Shown here piece by piece: positions 44,501 to 59,534 of a stretch of 64,000 nucleotides of DNA (position 1 is its first letter; each line of letters opens with the position of its first letter). Source of the stretch: the human T2T-CHM13v2.0 reference genome, Homo sapiens; the NCBI RefSeq assembly GCF_009914755.1, contig NC_060926.1. One strand, 5' to 3'. Both the position numbers and the translations under genes were made by a program. The notes beneath the pieces are model-generated. The model was not told the DNA's origin. It ran no database searches and was given only the letters and a program-made list of their open reading frames with translations.

Positions 44501-45131
44501 CACTTTGAGGCATGAGGAAGAACAGTGAGCAAACTGCTGAACCGTCTGCCTTCAGGGGCCACACATGACAAGCCTGACCCTAGACACCACCAGCAGTGCA
44601 CACGTGAGGATGATGGGCAGACATGGCAGGGTCAGGGCGAGAGTGGCAGTGGAGGGCAGGGAGAGTGGCAGGGAAGCCTGTGAGGGGCAGATGTGGAGAA
44701 GGAAGGCAGGGGTCTGCAGCTCTTGGGGGGTGCCTAGGGGCACTCGATGTGAGGGGCAGCTAGGACGGGAGGTGGAGAGTGTCGAGGGAGCTGGCCCAGG
44801 CAGTGGATGTCATCAAAGACCCCCAGGAGCACAGGTAGGGCTCACCCAGGGCTGGCTGGGCAAGGGCCTGGCCACATTGTTTGTGTTGGACAGTGACTTG
44901 AAGGCAGCTGGGCTGGGGAGCTTCACAGTGGAACAGACAGCCCTGGCGTACCCTGGTGGAGGCTGTGGCTCTGGGGAGCGGGGGCGGCCTACGGGCTTGG
45001 TAATGGAGCACATGTGGCTTTCCCAGCTTGGTCTTGAGTTGAAAGGCGATGAGGAGTCCAACTCAGGAAGCCACAGTCATTGACCAAGTCCTGGCTGTCT
45101 GGGATACGGTAATGTGGCCCACAGCTTAGCG

Positions 45132-45167
45132 TCACTGCACTCCAGCCTGGGCGACAGGGTGAGATCC
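45132..45167 (+). mobile_element. Alu 3' fragment, continuing at 45707-45722
   Basis: cactgcactccagcctgggcgacagggtgagatcc ... ctccgtctctaaaaaa. Confidence 0.7.
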
Positions 45168-45706
45168 TGCATGTGAGTCTGTTCTTGCATTGCTATAAAG
45201 AAATACTGAGGCTGGGTAATTCATAAAGGAAAGAGATTTAATTGGCTCATGGTTCTGCAGGCTGTACAGGAAGCATAGTGCCAGCCTTTGCTTCTGGGGA
45301 GGCCTCAGGGAACTTCCAGTCATGGTGGAAGGCAGTGGGGAGGCAGGATTACGTGGTGAGAGCCGGAGGGTGGGTGGGAGCAGACTCTTAAACAACCGAA
45401 GCAGTGGGGAGGCAGGATTACATGGTGAGAGCCGGAAGGTGGAGGGAGCAGACTCTTAAACAACCGAAGCAGTGGGGAGGCAGGATTACGTGGTGAGAGC
45501 CAGAAGGTGGAGGGAGCAGACTCTTAAACAACCAGCTCTCCCGAGAACCAACCGAGCAGGAACTCACTCATCGCCCAGGCCGTGGTGCTAAGCCATTCAC
45601 GAGGGATCTGCCCCCATGATCCAACACTTCCCACCAGGCCTCACCTCCAGCACTGGGGAGCACATTTCAACGTGAGATGTGGAGGGCACTCATCTAAACC
45701 GTATCA
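45168..45706 (-). mobile_element. MST (MaLR) LTR with an internal ~68-bp triplication
   Basis: ttgcattgctataaagaaatactgag...catggttctgcaggctgtacaggaagcat...aaaccgtatca; gaagcagtggggaggcaggattac...cttaaacaacc x3. Confidence 0.85.
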
Positions 45707-45722
45707 CTCCGTCTCTAAAAAA

Positions 45723-46100
45723 CAACAGGAGTTTATTCTCGCTTTTGGAGACCAGAAATCTGAGATCAAAATGTTGGTGGCCTCACTCCCTTCCCAGGCT
45801 TGAGGAGAGAAGCCTTCCTGCCTCTCTTAGCTCCTGGTGTCCCGAGGTGTCCCTGGGCCTGTGTTTTTGTGCCTGCATTGCTCCCATCTCTGCCTCTGTT
45901 CATGTGCCCTCTCCACTTTCCTCTCTCTTCTCCTGTTCTGTCTGTGCCAATATCCCTCTTCCTTTCTCTTATAAGGACACCAGTCAGTAGATTTAGGGTC
46001 CACCAGGGCAACCCAGTGTGATCTCATCTCAACATCCTTCACTTAATTACATCTGCAATGACCTGATTTCCAAATAAGGTCACATTCACAAGTACTGAGG
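45723..46100 (-). mobile_element. MLT1B/C-like LTR, resuming at ~46777-46825
   Basis: tttattctc...ggagaccagaaatctgagatcaa...cttataaggacaccagtc...ttccaaataaggtcacattc. Confidence 0.75.
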
Positions 46101-46776
<676 letters not shown>

Positions 46777-49017
46777 GGGTTAGGACTTAGACATATTTTT
46801 GGAAGACATAATTCAACTCACTACTCCAGTCTTCCCTAACTCGGCTATATATCAGACCCTCTTGGGGATCTTATAAAGGTTACATGTTATTATAATTTCT
46901 GTTCCAGAATCCCAGTAGGTTGCTCGGTGCCTGGTTCTGACGCTATCCCTCAGAGCCTGTGGAAGTTGCTGATGCCAGGATGCAGTTGCTCTCCTAAAGC
47001 AGAGTGGGAGATCCTGAGGAAGGGAGCCTCCTGCTTGTGCGTCTGCGGTAAGAACGGCTGCACAGACGCACGGGAGATATGAGGAAGGGAGCCTCCTGCT
47101 TGTGCGTCTGTGGTAAGAGCGGCTGCACAGACGCTCTGAAAGTCCTTATGCCTCTGTGTTGTTCCAAATAAACTCACTTATCCTGAGAGCCGCTCCCTTT
47201 GCTGCTCAGGATGGCACAATCTGGTGCCAGAAATAGGACCAGAAGGAAGATGGCCTTCAGAAGGAAGTGACAATTCTTGGAACTGCTGTGTAGTGCCCGC
47301 CTGAGGCCTCTGAGCTCTTCCTTTCTGCGGCCCACCTCTTCTGCCACGTGCATCTTCTCCCAGGCTGAGAGCCCTCCTTCCGGCAGAAGCTTGACTTCGC
47401 TCGGGATCTGCCTTGGACCAGGCCACCTTAATATAGGACCTTGCGTCCGTCCTGGGACCCTGTGAGGCCGGGTTGTCCTTTCTGGTCCTGGGGAGTGCTC
47501 TGGTTTGTTTGTTTCTGTGCGTCCATAAGTGATTAAGTGATTTGGCTTTTTTTACTTCTGCTCTCCCTGCTTGTTTCAAAACATCTTTAAAGAGCAAATA
47601 TCACATACAGCGGTTATATGAATTTCTTTTTGCTCTCAAAAGTGCAGTAGGAGACAGAATGGGATTCTCAAAGTGTAAGGCACGCCCGGCTTTCGGGGGC
47701 TCAGCTGGTCGTACATTCAAACATTGTGGCCCTTTGTGCACATTTTAAGCCCATGGACAGATGACACCAAGGGTGATTTAGAATTCCAGTGGCCATTTGA
47801 GAATCATTCCAACTCCCCAGACTGGTTTCCTAGAACTATATTAGAAAATTGCAGCTATTGGGTTAAACAGTCTGAATGAGGCGCGTATTTTTAGTTGCCA
47901 TCTTGAGGCTTCAAAGTGCATTCAGGACTTTAAAAAGGCCTCGTTGCAAAATACTGTCTCCACACCAGCCAAGGCACCTCCTTCCCAGAGCCCTTCCTTC
48001 CCCTTCCCACAGCACATCCTCCTCCTCCTTCTCTGGCTGACCTCCCCACCCCCTTTATTCAGAGCTCCCCAGCTTTTCTCCACAAACACCAATTCATCTT
48101 TTAACACATGGAACCTCTAGGGAAGTTCTAGATGAAGGAGATAAAGTAATTAAATATGCTATTCTGGCATATTGACAATTTAGTTAGAATCACTTGAAAA
48201 ACAGCAGGCTTGCTTCTTTTTCAAAGCTACCCATGCTGATTGCAGACATAAAAAAATGTTTTCTCCCCACTATTCCTTAATGGGCTCTACCCTGAAGTTA
48301 GCAATCTAATCAAGAAACAAGCAAAGTTGAAAAGACTGTCTATCAAACTAAACACTTTCTGGCATTTAGCTGGCTATTTTGAAACTGTTTTGTAAAAACT
48401 CACGTCTATAAAGGAAAACAGCTTTTGGCTTCCAGAGGCAAAAACTATGAGAATAAATGAGTGAAGTAAGATGTAATTAGGATTCCCCTGCTGCCATCTC
48501 TGTGCTGGTAAGAGTTGTGTCCAGTTAAGAAAATTAATATCCTTCTTTAGATGGAAGGAAAAATAGAGCCCTTCCTCTGCTACTTCTTCATTGCTTTTAG
48601 CAGAAAAGAATATTTGTGTTAAAGAAGCATCATCTGGAATGGTCCTTCCTGACTCCTTCAATGGCCAGTTTTGATTAAGAAGGAATTAAAGCATAATTGT
48701 AGGTGAATGTAAATGACTTTAAAGTTCATCAACTTTTCAATGATAGTTGTTTTATAAACTGTGTCTACTTAAAATGAAGTCCAAACATATTTTGGGGGAA
48801 ACTTGAAGCCTTAACGTGAACTTAAATAATAGATATTCATAAAATGAGTCATTTTCAAATAAGATAAAACCCACTGCTACAACTATAATTAAAACAAAAC
48901 CAAAAAACACACTGATTTCAAAGCTGCCTGGAGGTTTTTTATTCTCACCAGCCCTAGCTGAAATGTAAACATCCAAGAAATTAACTTCTACACCCATCGG
49001 AGACCATAAATAGGGGG

Positions 49018-49063
49018 GAAGGAAGCAAGCAAGCAAGGAAGGAAGGAAGGAAGGAAGGAAAGG
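49018..49063 (+). repeat. (GGAA/GCAA)n tetranucleotide repeat
   Basis: Directly visible. Confidence 0.85.
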
Positions 49064-51626
49064 CAGCCTTCTTATCTTCAAGGATGAGAAGCTGAAGCAG
49101 ACAGAACATTGTACAGACCTTGTTAGATAACTCGTATGTTTTAAGCCCCCTGGAATGATTTAGTGAATTGATAACGGCCTCTCTGGGGTCTTCATTTCCA
49201 TACGGGGGCTCCCATGCTATGTAAAACCTGTATGATGCTTCTCTCCTGCTAGTCTATCTAGCGTCCAACTGGGACGCTAAAGGCTGGGATATCCCACTTT
49301 GTCCTCTCCCCGGAACCTGCAGGTGGGATTCCAGGACACCTGACACAGGGCAGAGGCAGGAATTCTTCCCAAAGTCAGCTCTCTCACGCCACTACCTGGA
49401 ATGCCTGGTTGAGAAGGTAAAAGGTTTTCTTGTCCCTTTTTAAATTTGGATCGAAAGGAGAACATTGTAAGAAGTGGTTCTTTAAATGGTGACTCTTGTG
49501 AATTTGGTGCTGGGTGCCCGTTGCTTTTTGGCCACAGCTTCCCAGAAATAGCCGCTGTTTTCTTTGTCTCTGCCTTTTGTGGGGTTTGCCCTAAGGCCTG
49601 TTTTCTGTCTTGAGAACTTGGTCATAACCAGTGAGGATGCTGTCTCCGGTCTCTGCCCACTGGGAGATCCGAGTTGCTAGGCATGCTTCTGATGGCGGTC
49701 ACCGGCCAGGACCGAAACATGAAGTGTCTCTGTTCGACCACATCTGCTCTCAGGAACTTACCTTAACCGCCTCACCATGGTTACCTTGTTACCAGTGAGC
49801 ATCTTTACTTCCTTAGCCTATCTTCAAGAGAAATTTTGGATCCTGAAGGGGGCTACATCCTTTGCATCCTTTCTGGGGACCTCTTGCATCCATGGTTAAG
49901 CCATACAGGGCTTACTAGTTTTGAATCACAGCGGAAGTAGGTTTACTTTTGGTTTGGAAGTTGGTTAATATTTGGAGCATTATAGGAACTTTTTGTTTGT
50001 TTGATCTTCTGTCCTAAGCTAAAATGGAACTAGAAGGGAGGAAAGAAAGACTTCAATACCACCGGGAATGTTTACTGTTGTCCTGGTTAAAAGCTGATAA
50101 TAAGATATTTGAAAAGGGACTTTCTTTAGAGCTCCCTGATGAGAAGTCAGGCTAACTGGAAGCTGATGCTCAGGCTATAACTCGTGGTGGCTCTGTGTTT
50201 TCTCTGCCAGACTCTGCTTCTCCCCCTGGGAACTTCTCAGCCAGCCGAGCCATCCTTTCCCAGCACTGCTGACTGTGTGCTGTGCACATTTTTTGATTGG
50301 CGTGATTCTTGACTGTTTACAAATGGAGCAAATAAAAGATCTTTAAGGTCTTTCCTACTTAGTAAGAGGCATTGTTTAAATTGACTTAGAAATAAATGAG
50401 CATACCTACAACTGTAAAAAAAAAAAATAGGAACTAACCCAAATGTTTTTAAAGTTCACTTGACCTGGGGTAAACTTTGGTGAATAAAGGTGAGTTTAGA
50501 TTTGCCGGTTTGATAAAAGCAGGTGTCTTCAGAGTCCTCAGCGTTAAAGATGATGCAGACACGCAACTTTCATCTCTGCTAAATGTTTAATTGTAAAGCA
50601 TGAGTCTGACCTAAAAACAAGTGTGCCCGCAGAAGTGAGGCGGCACGCCCGTTACTCCTCACGCAGGAAGCGCAGCAATGAAACAAAACGCCGTGCGTTT
50701 AACGCTTCGGTTTCTTGATTTTGAGATGACCGCCTGACAGTCACATGCTGTAAAAATGGTTAATAGGAAAACACCTCAAGATGATGGATGCTTAATATCT
50801 CAGGAAGTTTCTCAGGAGTAACACAGACAAGTTAAAATACTAAAACATTAATCGCTGAACATAAGTGTAAGCTTATTCCTGGCTTCGAAAGTTCTGTGGA
50901 AAGATAAAATTTGTTTGGGTCTATTAGAAAACATTGTGTCTTGTTCTACATTGAGAAATTGTTCTATGAGGAAGCACGTTTCTGAAAAATTATAAAATAT
51001 GTATTCATAAAATGTTATCATATAACAGTTCAAAATTGCTTACTTCCTAGGTTCCACTAAAAATTAAGGGCACTAAGATTTAAAAATTCTAATTAATGTG
51101 TGTAACTCTATATACAAAGTATGAAAAATAATGATACAATTTTTGGTATTTTTGGTAAAAAAATTACAAAAGACATGAGGGTTTTTTTTAGAAGAAGAAT
51201 AATTTTGTCTAATTTGGAGGTTATTTAAAGGTTGCTTGAAAATGCAAATTTTGAAAGGAAATAGAAACAAGGCAGAAAGGAACCAGTAAATGGGACAAAA
51301 AATAAGCAAAGAAAGTTATATCTTTGGTAGGGAAAGTTGAAAAGAAAAAGAGAATAAAACTTTTTTTTATATGAGAAAATCTTGTGTGGCCAAAATTATA
51401 AGGGAAAAAAGAGTAAATTTTTATCCTAAGTTAGAATGATTGGTTGTTCCAGTATAAAAAAGAGGAAGTATAGAACGAAACTGAAGGTTTGAACAAATTC
51501 TAGAAGGTTTGAGAAAATTGCAAAAGGTTTATGGAAGATGAATTTTATGAAATACATTTTGTATGTGATCAAGTTGACTAAAAATAGAAGGAAATAATTT
51601 ATAAGTCTTTCTAAAATAGAACATTA

Positions 51627-51986
<360 letters not shown>

Positions 51987-52067
51987 TTAATACGACAAGA
52001 TTTTCTTGTAGTATTGATCTACCCCTGATTAAAAAATAATCAGGGTGTTCCTTGCCTTTTTGGTAAC

Positions 52068-52499
52068 TGTCGCAGGTGAGTGGTGACCCTCTGGGGCTGG
52101 TGGTGTGGTGAGAAGAATTTACCAAGACAGTTGCAGATAAAGAAAAGCAGATTTATTGAAGAAAGCATGAAAATACATTGCGAGAGTGCAATGGGCAAGT
52201 TAGCAGAGAGGAGCTGACTGCAAGGAGGCGAAGGCTTGGTGAGGGTTTTATAAGACAGTCTCTGTGCTGTGAGCTGAAGAGGGCTTTGACAGTGCTGATA
52301 ACGCCAAGGTTGCCGTGAGCTAACTTGTAATTTTCCCATCAGTCAAGGATCTGGTGATAGCTGGAAGACTGAGTTATTTGTGCAGGAGGGTTATGTGTTC
52401 TGGACCATGAGAAAGGCAGACTTAAGGCTTATGTGCCTTCTCTTTTTGCTTCCTTCAGTCCCGCCAGCCCCACTCCCCCTCCGTAATGAGGCCTCCACA
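52068..52499 (-). mobile_element. Solo LTR (probably ERV1, family unsure) nested in the ERV internal region
   Basis: TG...CA termini, TSD gtaac (52063-52067 / 52500-52504), TTTATT (antisense polyA signal) at ~52152. Confidence 0.7.
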
Positions 52500-52840
52500 G
52501 TAACTGGCCTAGAAAAATTTATCAAGATAATGTCGTGTACTTTGCGCTGTCTTTATTAGGTTTTTGATTGCTTGGAAAAATTCTTCCTTTAAAGAGGTAG
52601 GGTTTTTTTTTTTTTTTGTCTGTGTAACTTTATTTGCTTTTAAAGTATTTTAATTATCACTATAGTTAAATGGATGACTATTATTTCACAGTGACCTATT
52701 ATCCTGTTTTAATTAAGTGTTTTAAACCTTTGACATTTTTGACAAGCTTTCCCAAGATCAAATTCTAAATTAAATCTTTTTATTCTTACCTTGTAAAAGA
52801 GATATATTAATTAAGTTTATTTGACATGCTAAATTATTAA

Positions 52841-53188
<348 letters not shown>

Positions 53189-54429
53189 TTAACCATTCTT
53201 TAAGTTATATTTGTATGGATACAGTATTAGTGTATTCCAAAATTTGTATAAAATTCTTAAATATCTGATATATCTTGGTATAATGTTATCAGTAGTAGTT
53301 CTAATTATTGTGTTAAAATGTTCTATGCTATGGAAATAACCAAAGTTCCTTGTCAATTTCTCATTATAATGAACTCTCATCAGACTTTTAACCATGACCC
53401 GTCTATGTTTTTGTCATCCATGTAAAGATCCAAATCCAAATTATTGTTTTGATGTTTCTCTAAAAGCTTTTGCAATCAACTACAGTCCAAATTGCTTCTA
53501 ATGAAATGACTTTGGCAGTCCTCTTGAACTCTGATTGCTGATACCTTTAAGATCATACCGTTGGAGAAAGTAGATATTTTTGGGACTCTGTTGAAGAAAC
53601 TGATGGGTTCATAAATCTGCTAACCTAGATCAAGCAGAATGAGAATTAATTACATGGGACTGAATGAACTGACGAAAAGGAATGATGGGTTTTTACAGTT
53701 TTAATTTAAAATATTTTTGGTTCTCTATTTTAATGTTTTGTTTTCCAGGTTTAAGGAAAATAGTTTTCTTAAGCTATCTATAATTTACACCAATTTGGTA
53801 AAGTATAACTTTGTGAACAAAAATTGAAACATAGGCTTCTTTCCCTACCTTATCTCTCCAAAATTTGTGAACTATTTGTGAGTATGATTATGTTTTTGGC
53901 AATACAGTCATTTGTGTAAGTTCAATAAGAGCCTGTTCTCTTCACAGCAGCATACAATGGAAAATATTGGTTATATTACCAGGTTTTGACTGGAATGCCA
54001 GGCTTAACGTTGCTCAGAAGTTGCTTCTATGAGGACGTCTCCCAGCAGCTGTCAGTGTTTCCAATGAGTCATCGCCAGCCCCTGCAATGAGCCTCTCAGG
54101 CTGGTAAGTTTTGTTTCAGAACCGCTTCCTCAAGCTTCTTTTGCCTTTAAAAGCTTCCTCTTGCCCCAGCCTCCCAGGGAATGCCTGTGGTCTGTCATGG
54201 CTCACACATCCTGGTTGATAATCCACTGCTGTTCTCCACGGAATGCCTTCATTTTGAGAGCTGCTCGCTGCCTGTTGTGGTTTCAGTTGACGGCCCACCG
54301 CTGTGTGCAGAGTTCACCAGCCGCTGTGGTGTGCAGTGCAGCAGCTGACCTGCCTGCCTTGTGGTTTTCTAATCCCATTGAGGGGACGTCTTAGGTGTTC
54401 TCACCAAGAATGCACAGCAACAGTGCTGG

Positions 54430-55250
54430 GTGGGCCACATCCTCCCTCACGTTTGGTGCCACCAGTTTTATAGATTTTGGCTACTGTGGGTGTGTGTGGT
54501 GGTTTTTGTTGGTGTTTACGACGCATCTTCCTGGTGCTCGAGTCTGTCGAGCACTTTTTCTTGTGTTTATTTGCCATCATTTGGCGAAGTGTTCAAATCC
54601 TTTGACCGTTGTTTCACCAAGTTGTTTTATTATGAAATTTTAGGGGTTACTTATTCTGGATCTCAGCACTTGGATAAATATTTGAGAATATTTTTTGCAG
54701 TAAGTGACATCGTTTTATGTGGATGAACAGAAGATTTTAATTTTGATAAAGTCTAATGGATATATGTGATGTTAGTGTAATTTGAATGCATACATATGTA
54801 TATTTAATGCATTCTTTTATGATGATTGTGCACTTCATATGAAATGCGGCAACCTTGCCTTGCCATCCCGGAGGCCTCTGCTTCTCTGATCTGTGGGTGT
54901 CACAGGCACTTCACTTACTCACACCTTATGGCACGGTTTCTTTTGCTCTAAGCCTGCACGTGTGTTTTAAAGGTAATTTCTTCCGTTAGAGAAGTCGCGT
55001 AGGCTCACCCTGCTATTTGCCATTTCTGGAGCTCTTTATCTCCTTCTTCATATCTGCATTTCCCTCTGGAATCATTTCCATTCAGCCTGAAGAACTCTTC
55101 TGCCTGGGACTCCACCTTCTTTTCTAGCAGCTGGGCTCATTGGGAGCTCTGTCCTCTGGTGGCTCTGGCCAGGGGACGCTGGGTTTTCTCTTAGGGTTTC
55201 AGTTGGCCCGTGTGGTGCCAATGTCAACGTGTCTGTAGGCCACAGCCAGC
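54430..55250 (-). mobile_element. Old L1M fragments
   Basis: aagtgttcaaatccttt, gatgaacagaagattttaattttgataaagtc, tggaatcatttccattcagcctgaagaactc. Confidence 0.5.
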
Positions 55251-56689
55251 AATGAGCACCCCCTCGGTCTGGCCCTGAGCTCCAAGGCCCCACTCCCACG
55301 GGATCTTGCTGCCAGGACCCCACTCTCTGCATCTTGTCCAGAGTGTCGAGGAGGGCAGGGTCCAGCGGGATCTCTCGGCCCTCCCAGGGCTGAGTCTGTG
55401 CTCTGACCTTTCCTGGGAGGCACTCAGGGCCAACAGAGCAACAAGGGGCCTTTCCCTGTGGCTCCCTCCCCTCTGGAGAAAATGGGTCAGACCTGGGTTT
55501 CTCCATAGTCACTGTCCCTAAAATGAAGCCGGGCTGCCAGAGGCGGTTGCATCTCCCGGCACCAAGACCCCAGAGTCCCTGTGAGAAAGAGGACCAACGA
55601 CGATGGAAGCCTTTCTCTAATGTGCGCACAGCCAGGCCGCTCCTCTGAAGGCGCTGAGCCGCCTCTAATCACAGCGCCACACTGGCCACAGGTCGCTGGG
55701 TATAGGATGAACCCAGCTGTGAATAGGATGCATTTCCTGGGAGGTTTCTGTGAAGTTACTGAACTGCCAAAAGGTAAGCAGTTTTAATTGATTTGTGAGT
55801 CTTCAATTAAGCACAGCAGAATGCTAATTAAATATTCTCTGTTCTTTAAATAGAGAATGCTTTAAATAATTCAGCACAATCTTTGCATAAATCACACCAT
55901 TCAGCTGAGGTGCCTGTCAGCAGTCAAGTGATTGAGAGCACAAACTGTCCCAAAGACACAGCCCCCTTCCCCCTGGAGACGCGCACAGCCTGCAGAAGAG
56001 ATGTCACCTGATGCAGCGTTGTGGTTTAAAAACTCATTATGGGAAGCATGAGGCTGGACCCAGGGGACCCTGGAGGTGATGCAGGGGCTTTGGCAGCCTG
56101 GAAGCTGTTGGAGGAGGGGCCCTTGGTGGAAGTGGGGACAGTTTGAGCCTCCGGCCTCCAATTCCCTCCCGCTGGCTTCTGGGCCGCACCTCCAGGAATC
56201 CAGCTAGACCCGCAGGGCTCTGACTCCAGACTTTATTAAATGTTTCCTCTAACGGTTCTGGCCATTCTGCTGGGCCATTAAAGGCTACCCCAGGGCCTCA
56301 GATATGAGCGTGGTGTCTGTATGTGGTCCTTTCATGGAGGGCAGGAAGCATCATAATTACTTTTTTTTTTAACGGTTTTCAATTTGTGTTGACAAAGAGC
56401 CTTAGTGAATCTGTTGGAAGAAGAGTGACTTCAAAATGAACCTGACTCCCTGTATGTTAGGAGTCCATATTCTCTGATACAGTTAACGTTTTCCTTCCAA
56501 CCTCTTCACTGTTCAAGCAAAGTGGTATTTTAGCTATTCACTGTTTGACACTTTAATAGGAGTTTTGATGAGCAATTTCAGGATGTGGAATTGCTACACT
56601 GCACCAGGTTCCTGCAGGAGCAGCAGCCTCAGCCTGTGGATGGGACGTGAGATCTTGGTGTTTCTCCTGGAGGAAACGCTGTGCTGCTG

Positions 56690-58472
56690 TGTTGATGACG
56701 GGGCGTGTGTGGGGTTGATGATGGGTGATGGAGTGTGGGGTTGGTGACAGGTGACGGAGTGTGGGGTTGACGACGGGTGATGGAGTGTGGGGATGATGAT
56801 GGGTGATGGAGTGTGGGGATGATGACGGGTGATGGAGTGTGGGGATGATGATGGGTGATGGAGTGTGGGGATGATGATGGGTGATGGAGTGTGGGGATGA
56901 TGACGGGTGATGGAGTGTGGGGATGATGATGGGTGATGGAGTGTGGGGATGGTGATGGAGTGTGGGGATGGTGATGGAGTGTGGGGATGATGATGGGTGA
57001 TGGAGTGTGGGGATGATGATGGAGTGTGGGGATGATGACGGGTGATGGAGTGTGGGGATGATGATGGGTGATGGAGTGTGGGGATGGTGATGGAGTGTGG
57101 GGATGGTGATGGAGTGTGGGGATGATGATGGGTGATGGAGTGTGGGGATGATGATGGAGTGTGGGGATGATGACGGGTGATGGAGTGTGGGGTTGACGAC
57201 GGGGCGTGGGGTTGATGATGGAGTGTGGGGATGATGATGGGTATGGAGTGTGGGGATGATGATGGGTATGGAGTGTGGGGTTGATGACGGGTGATAGAGG
57301 AGTGTGGGGATGTGATGGGTGATGGAGTGTGGGGATGATGATGGAATGTGGGATTGATGACGGATGATGGAGTGTGGGGATGATGATGGGTGATGGAGTG
57401 TGGGGATGATGATGGAGTGTGGGGTTGATGATGGGTGATGGAGTGTGGGGTTGATGATGGGTGATGGAGTGTGGGGATGATGTTGGGTGATGAAGTGCGG
57501 GGATGATGATGGAGTGTGGTGATGATGACAGGTGACGGAGTCTGGGGTTGATGACGGGGCGTGGGGTTGATGATGGAGTGTGGGGATGATGATGGGTATG
57601 GAGTGTGGGGATGATGATGGATATGGAGTGTGGGGTTGATGACGGGTGATACAGTGTGGGGATGTGATGGGTGATGGAGTGTGGGGATGATGATGGGTAT
57701 GGAGTGTGGGATTGATGACGGGTGATGGAGTGTGGGGATGATGATGGGTAATGAAGTGTGGGGATGATGATGGAGTGTGGTGATGATGACAGGTGACGGA
57801 GTGTGGGGTTGATGACGGGGCGTGGGGTTGATGATGGAGTGTGGGGATGATGACGGGTGACCGAGTGTGGGGTTGATGACGGGGCGTGGGGTTGATGATG
57901 GGGTGTGGGGATGATGACGGGGCATGGGGTTGATGACGGGGCGTGGGGCTGTTGATGGGGTTTGGGGTTGATGACGGGGTGTGTGGTTGATGACGGGGTA
58001 TGGGGTTGATGATGGGGCGTAGGGTTGATGATGGGGTGTGGGGTTGATGATGGGGCATGGGGTTGATGACGGGGCCTGGGGTTGATGACGGGGTGTGGGG
58101 TTGATGACGTGGTGTGGGGTTGATGACGGAGTATGGGGTTGATGATGGGGTGTGGAGTTGATGACGGGGTGTGGGGTTGATGACGGGGCATGTGTGGGGT
58201 CGATGATGGGGTGTGGGGTTGATGATGGGGTGTGGGGTTGATGAAGGGGCGTGGGGTTTATGACGGAGCTTGGGGCTGATGATGGGGTGTGGGGCTGATG
58301 ATGGGGTGTGGGGCTGATGATGGGGCATGGGGTTTATGATGGGGTGTGGGATTAATGACGGAGTGTGGCGTTGATGATGAGGCGTGGGGTTTATGACAGA
58401 GCGTGGGGTCAATGACAGGGTGTGGGGTTGATGACGGGGTGTGGGGTTGATGACGGGGCATGGGGTTTATGA
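56690..58472. repeat. G-rich minisatellite: 26-bp GATGATGATGGGTGATGGAGTGTGGG grading into 19-bp GTTGATGAYGGGGTGTGGG
   Basis: Direct periodicity. Confidence 0.97.
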
Positions 58473-58736
58473 CAGCTTGTGTCAGACGAAGCCACATCAA
58501 CTCATTCTGAGCACCCCTTTCCTCAAAACATAAGGATGAGCATGACCAAAATCTCAAGACATTTTTCCTAAGTCCTTAAGACGGATGAACTTCTACAGGT
58601 AAGTAGGTAGATTAATAAACAGAGGTAAGGAATGTTGGCATGAAGAAGCTCCCTAGGCTGCTGTGTGGCTGAAGCTCTGACTGGTCATGCTGGTTAAGGA
58701 TGCGTCTGAGCAAGATCGGTCGCTGACAGGTAGGTG

Positions 58737-59355
58737 TGTAGAAAATAACCTATATGTGGTGGTCCATTTTCAGTTCTAAGTGCCTTCATATAGGTTTAAG
58801 CAGGCTATGTGGAAATAGAGAAATAAAGAAGCAGAAATGTACTGAGTCACCACCCTGCCCTCCTTCCTGCTTTCCCTTTCACCCAGCGGCCACGTGCCTA
58901 TCAGTAGGAGCCCCCTCAACTACCCTCTCCTCACCCCACCAAAGAATTTAGTTTAGGCTAGCTTGCAACATAAATAATTATACCCTTTCTTATCAGCTAC
59001 GTGCAGCCACCAGGGCCATAGTCAAATGTTTGAAGAGTCCTGAGACAGTTGCAATGCATGGTGGGCTGCAATAAAATGCAGCAGAAAGATCCTAAAGAAC
59101 AGACTTGAAATCTTAATCCAACGACCAATAGGTGATGTCCAGGAAGATCGTAACCCCATTTACTCAGTCAATGAGGAACTGGGGGAGGGACCTGCGCACT
59201 AGGGGATAAATTGCTTGTTGAAACTCTGCTGGGGGTGGCTGCATGCCAGCCAGACACCCAGTCTTGCAAGACTGTCATTGAAAATCTCCGTTTTGCTGTT
59301 CTCCGGGTCTCTGCGTCCAGTCTTTGTGTTTGGACGGGTGAGTTTGTTTCTCACA
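58737..59355 (+). mobile_element. Solo LTR, LTR18-like (ERVL)
   Basis: TGTA...CA termini with ggtg on both flanks; 3' end tttggacgggtgagtttgtttctcaca resembles LTR18 (recalled); CCAAT and GATAAA boxes. Confidence 0.6.
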
Positions 59356-59534
59356 GGTGCGACTCTGTCTCTATTTGCATCAGGTTCAGTTTCTTCCTGG
59401 TTGACCTTGTGGGTGTGAATGTTGTCACAGACCTGCCGGGCCATCTTTCTGCAAGAAGATAAAGGAAGACCAGGAGTGCCTGCCGAACTCCTATGGAGGA
59501 AGTCTAGGAGAGGAAGGGGTAGGACCAAGGGCAC

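Noticed and set aside
56553-58412. 619, 520 and 443-aa His/Pro-rich ORFs
   Set aside because: All three minus-strand frames are open, which is a low-complexity repeat artefact
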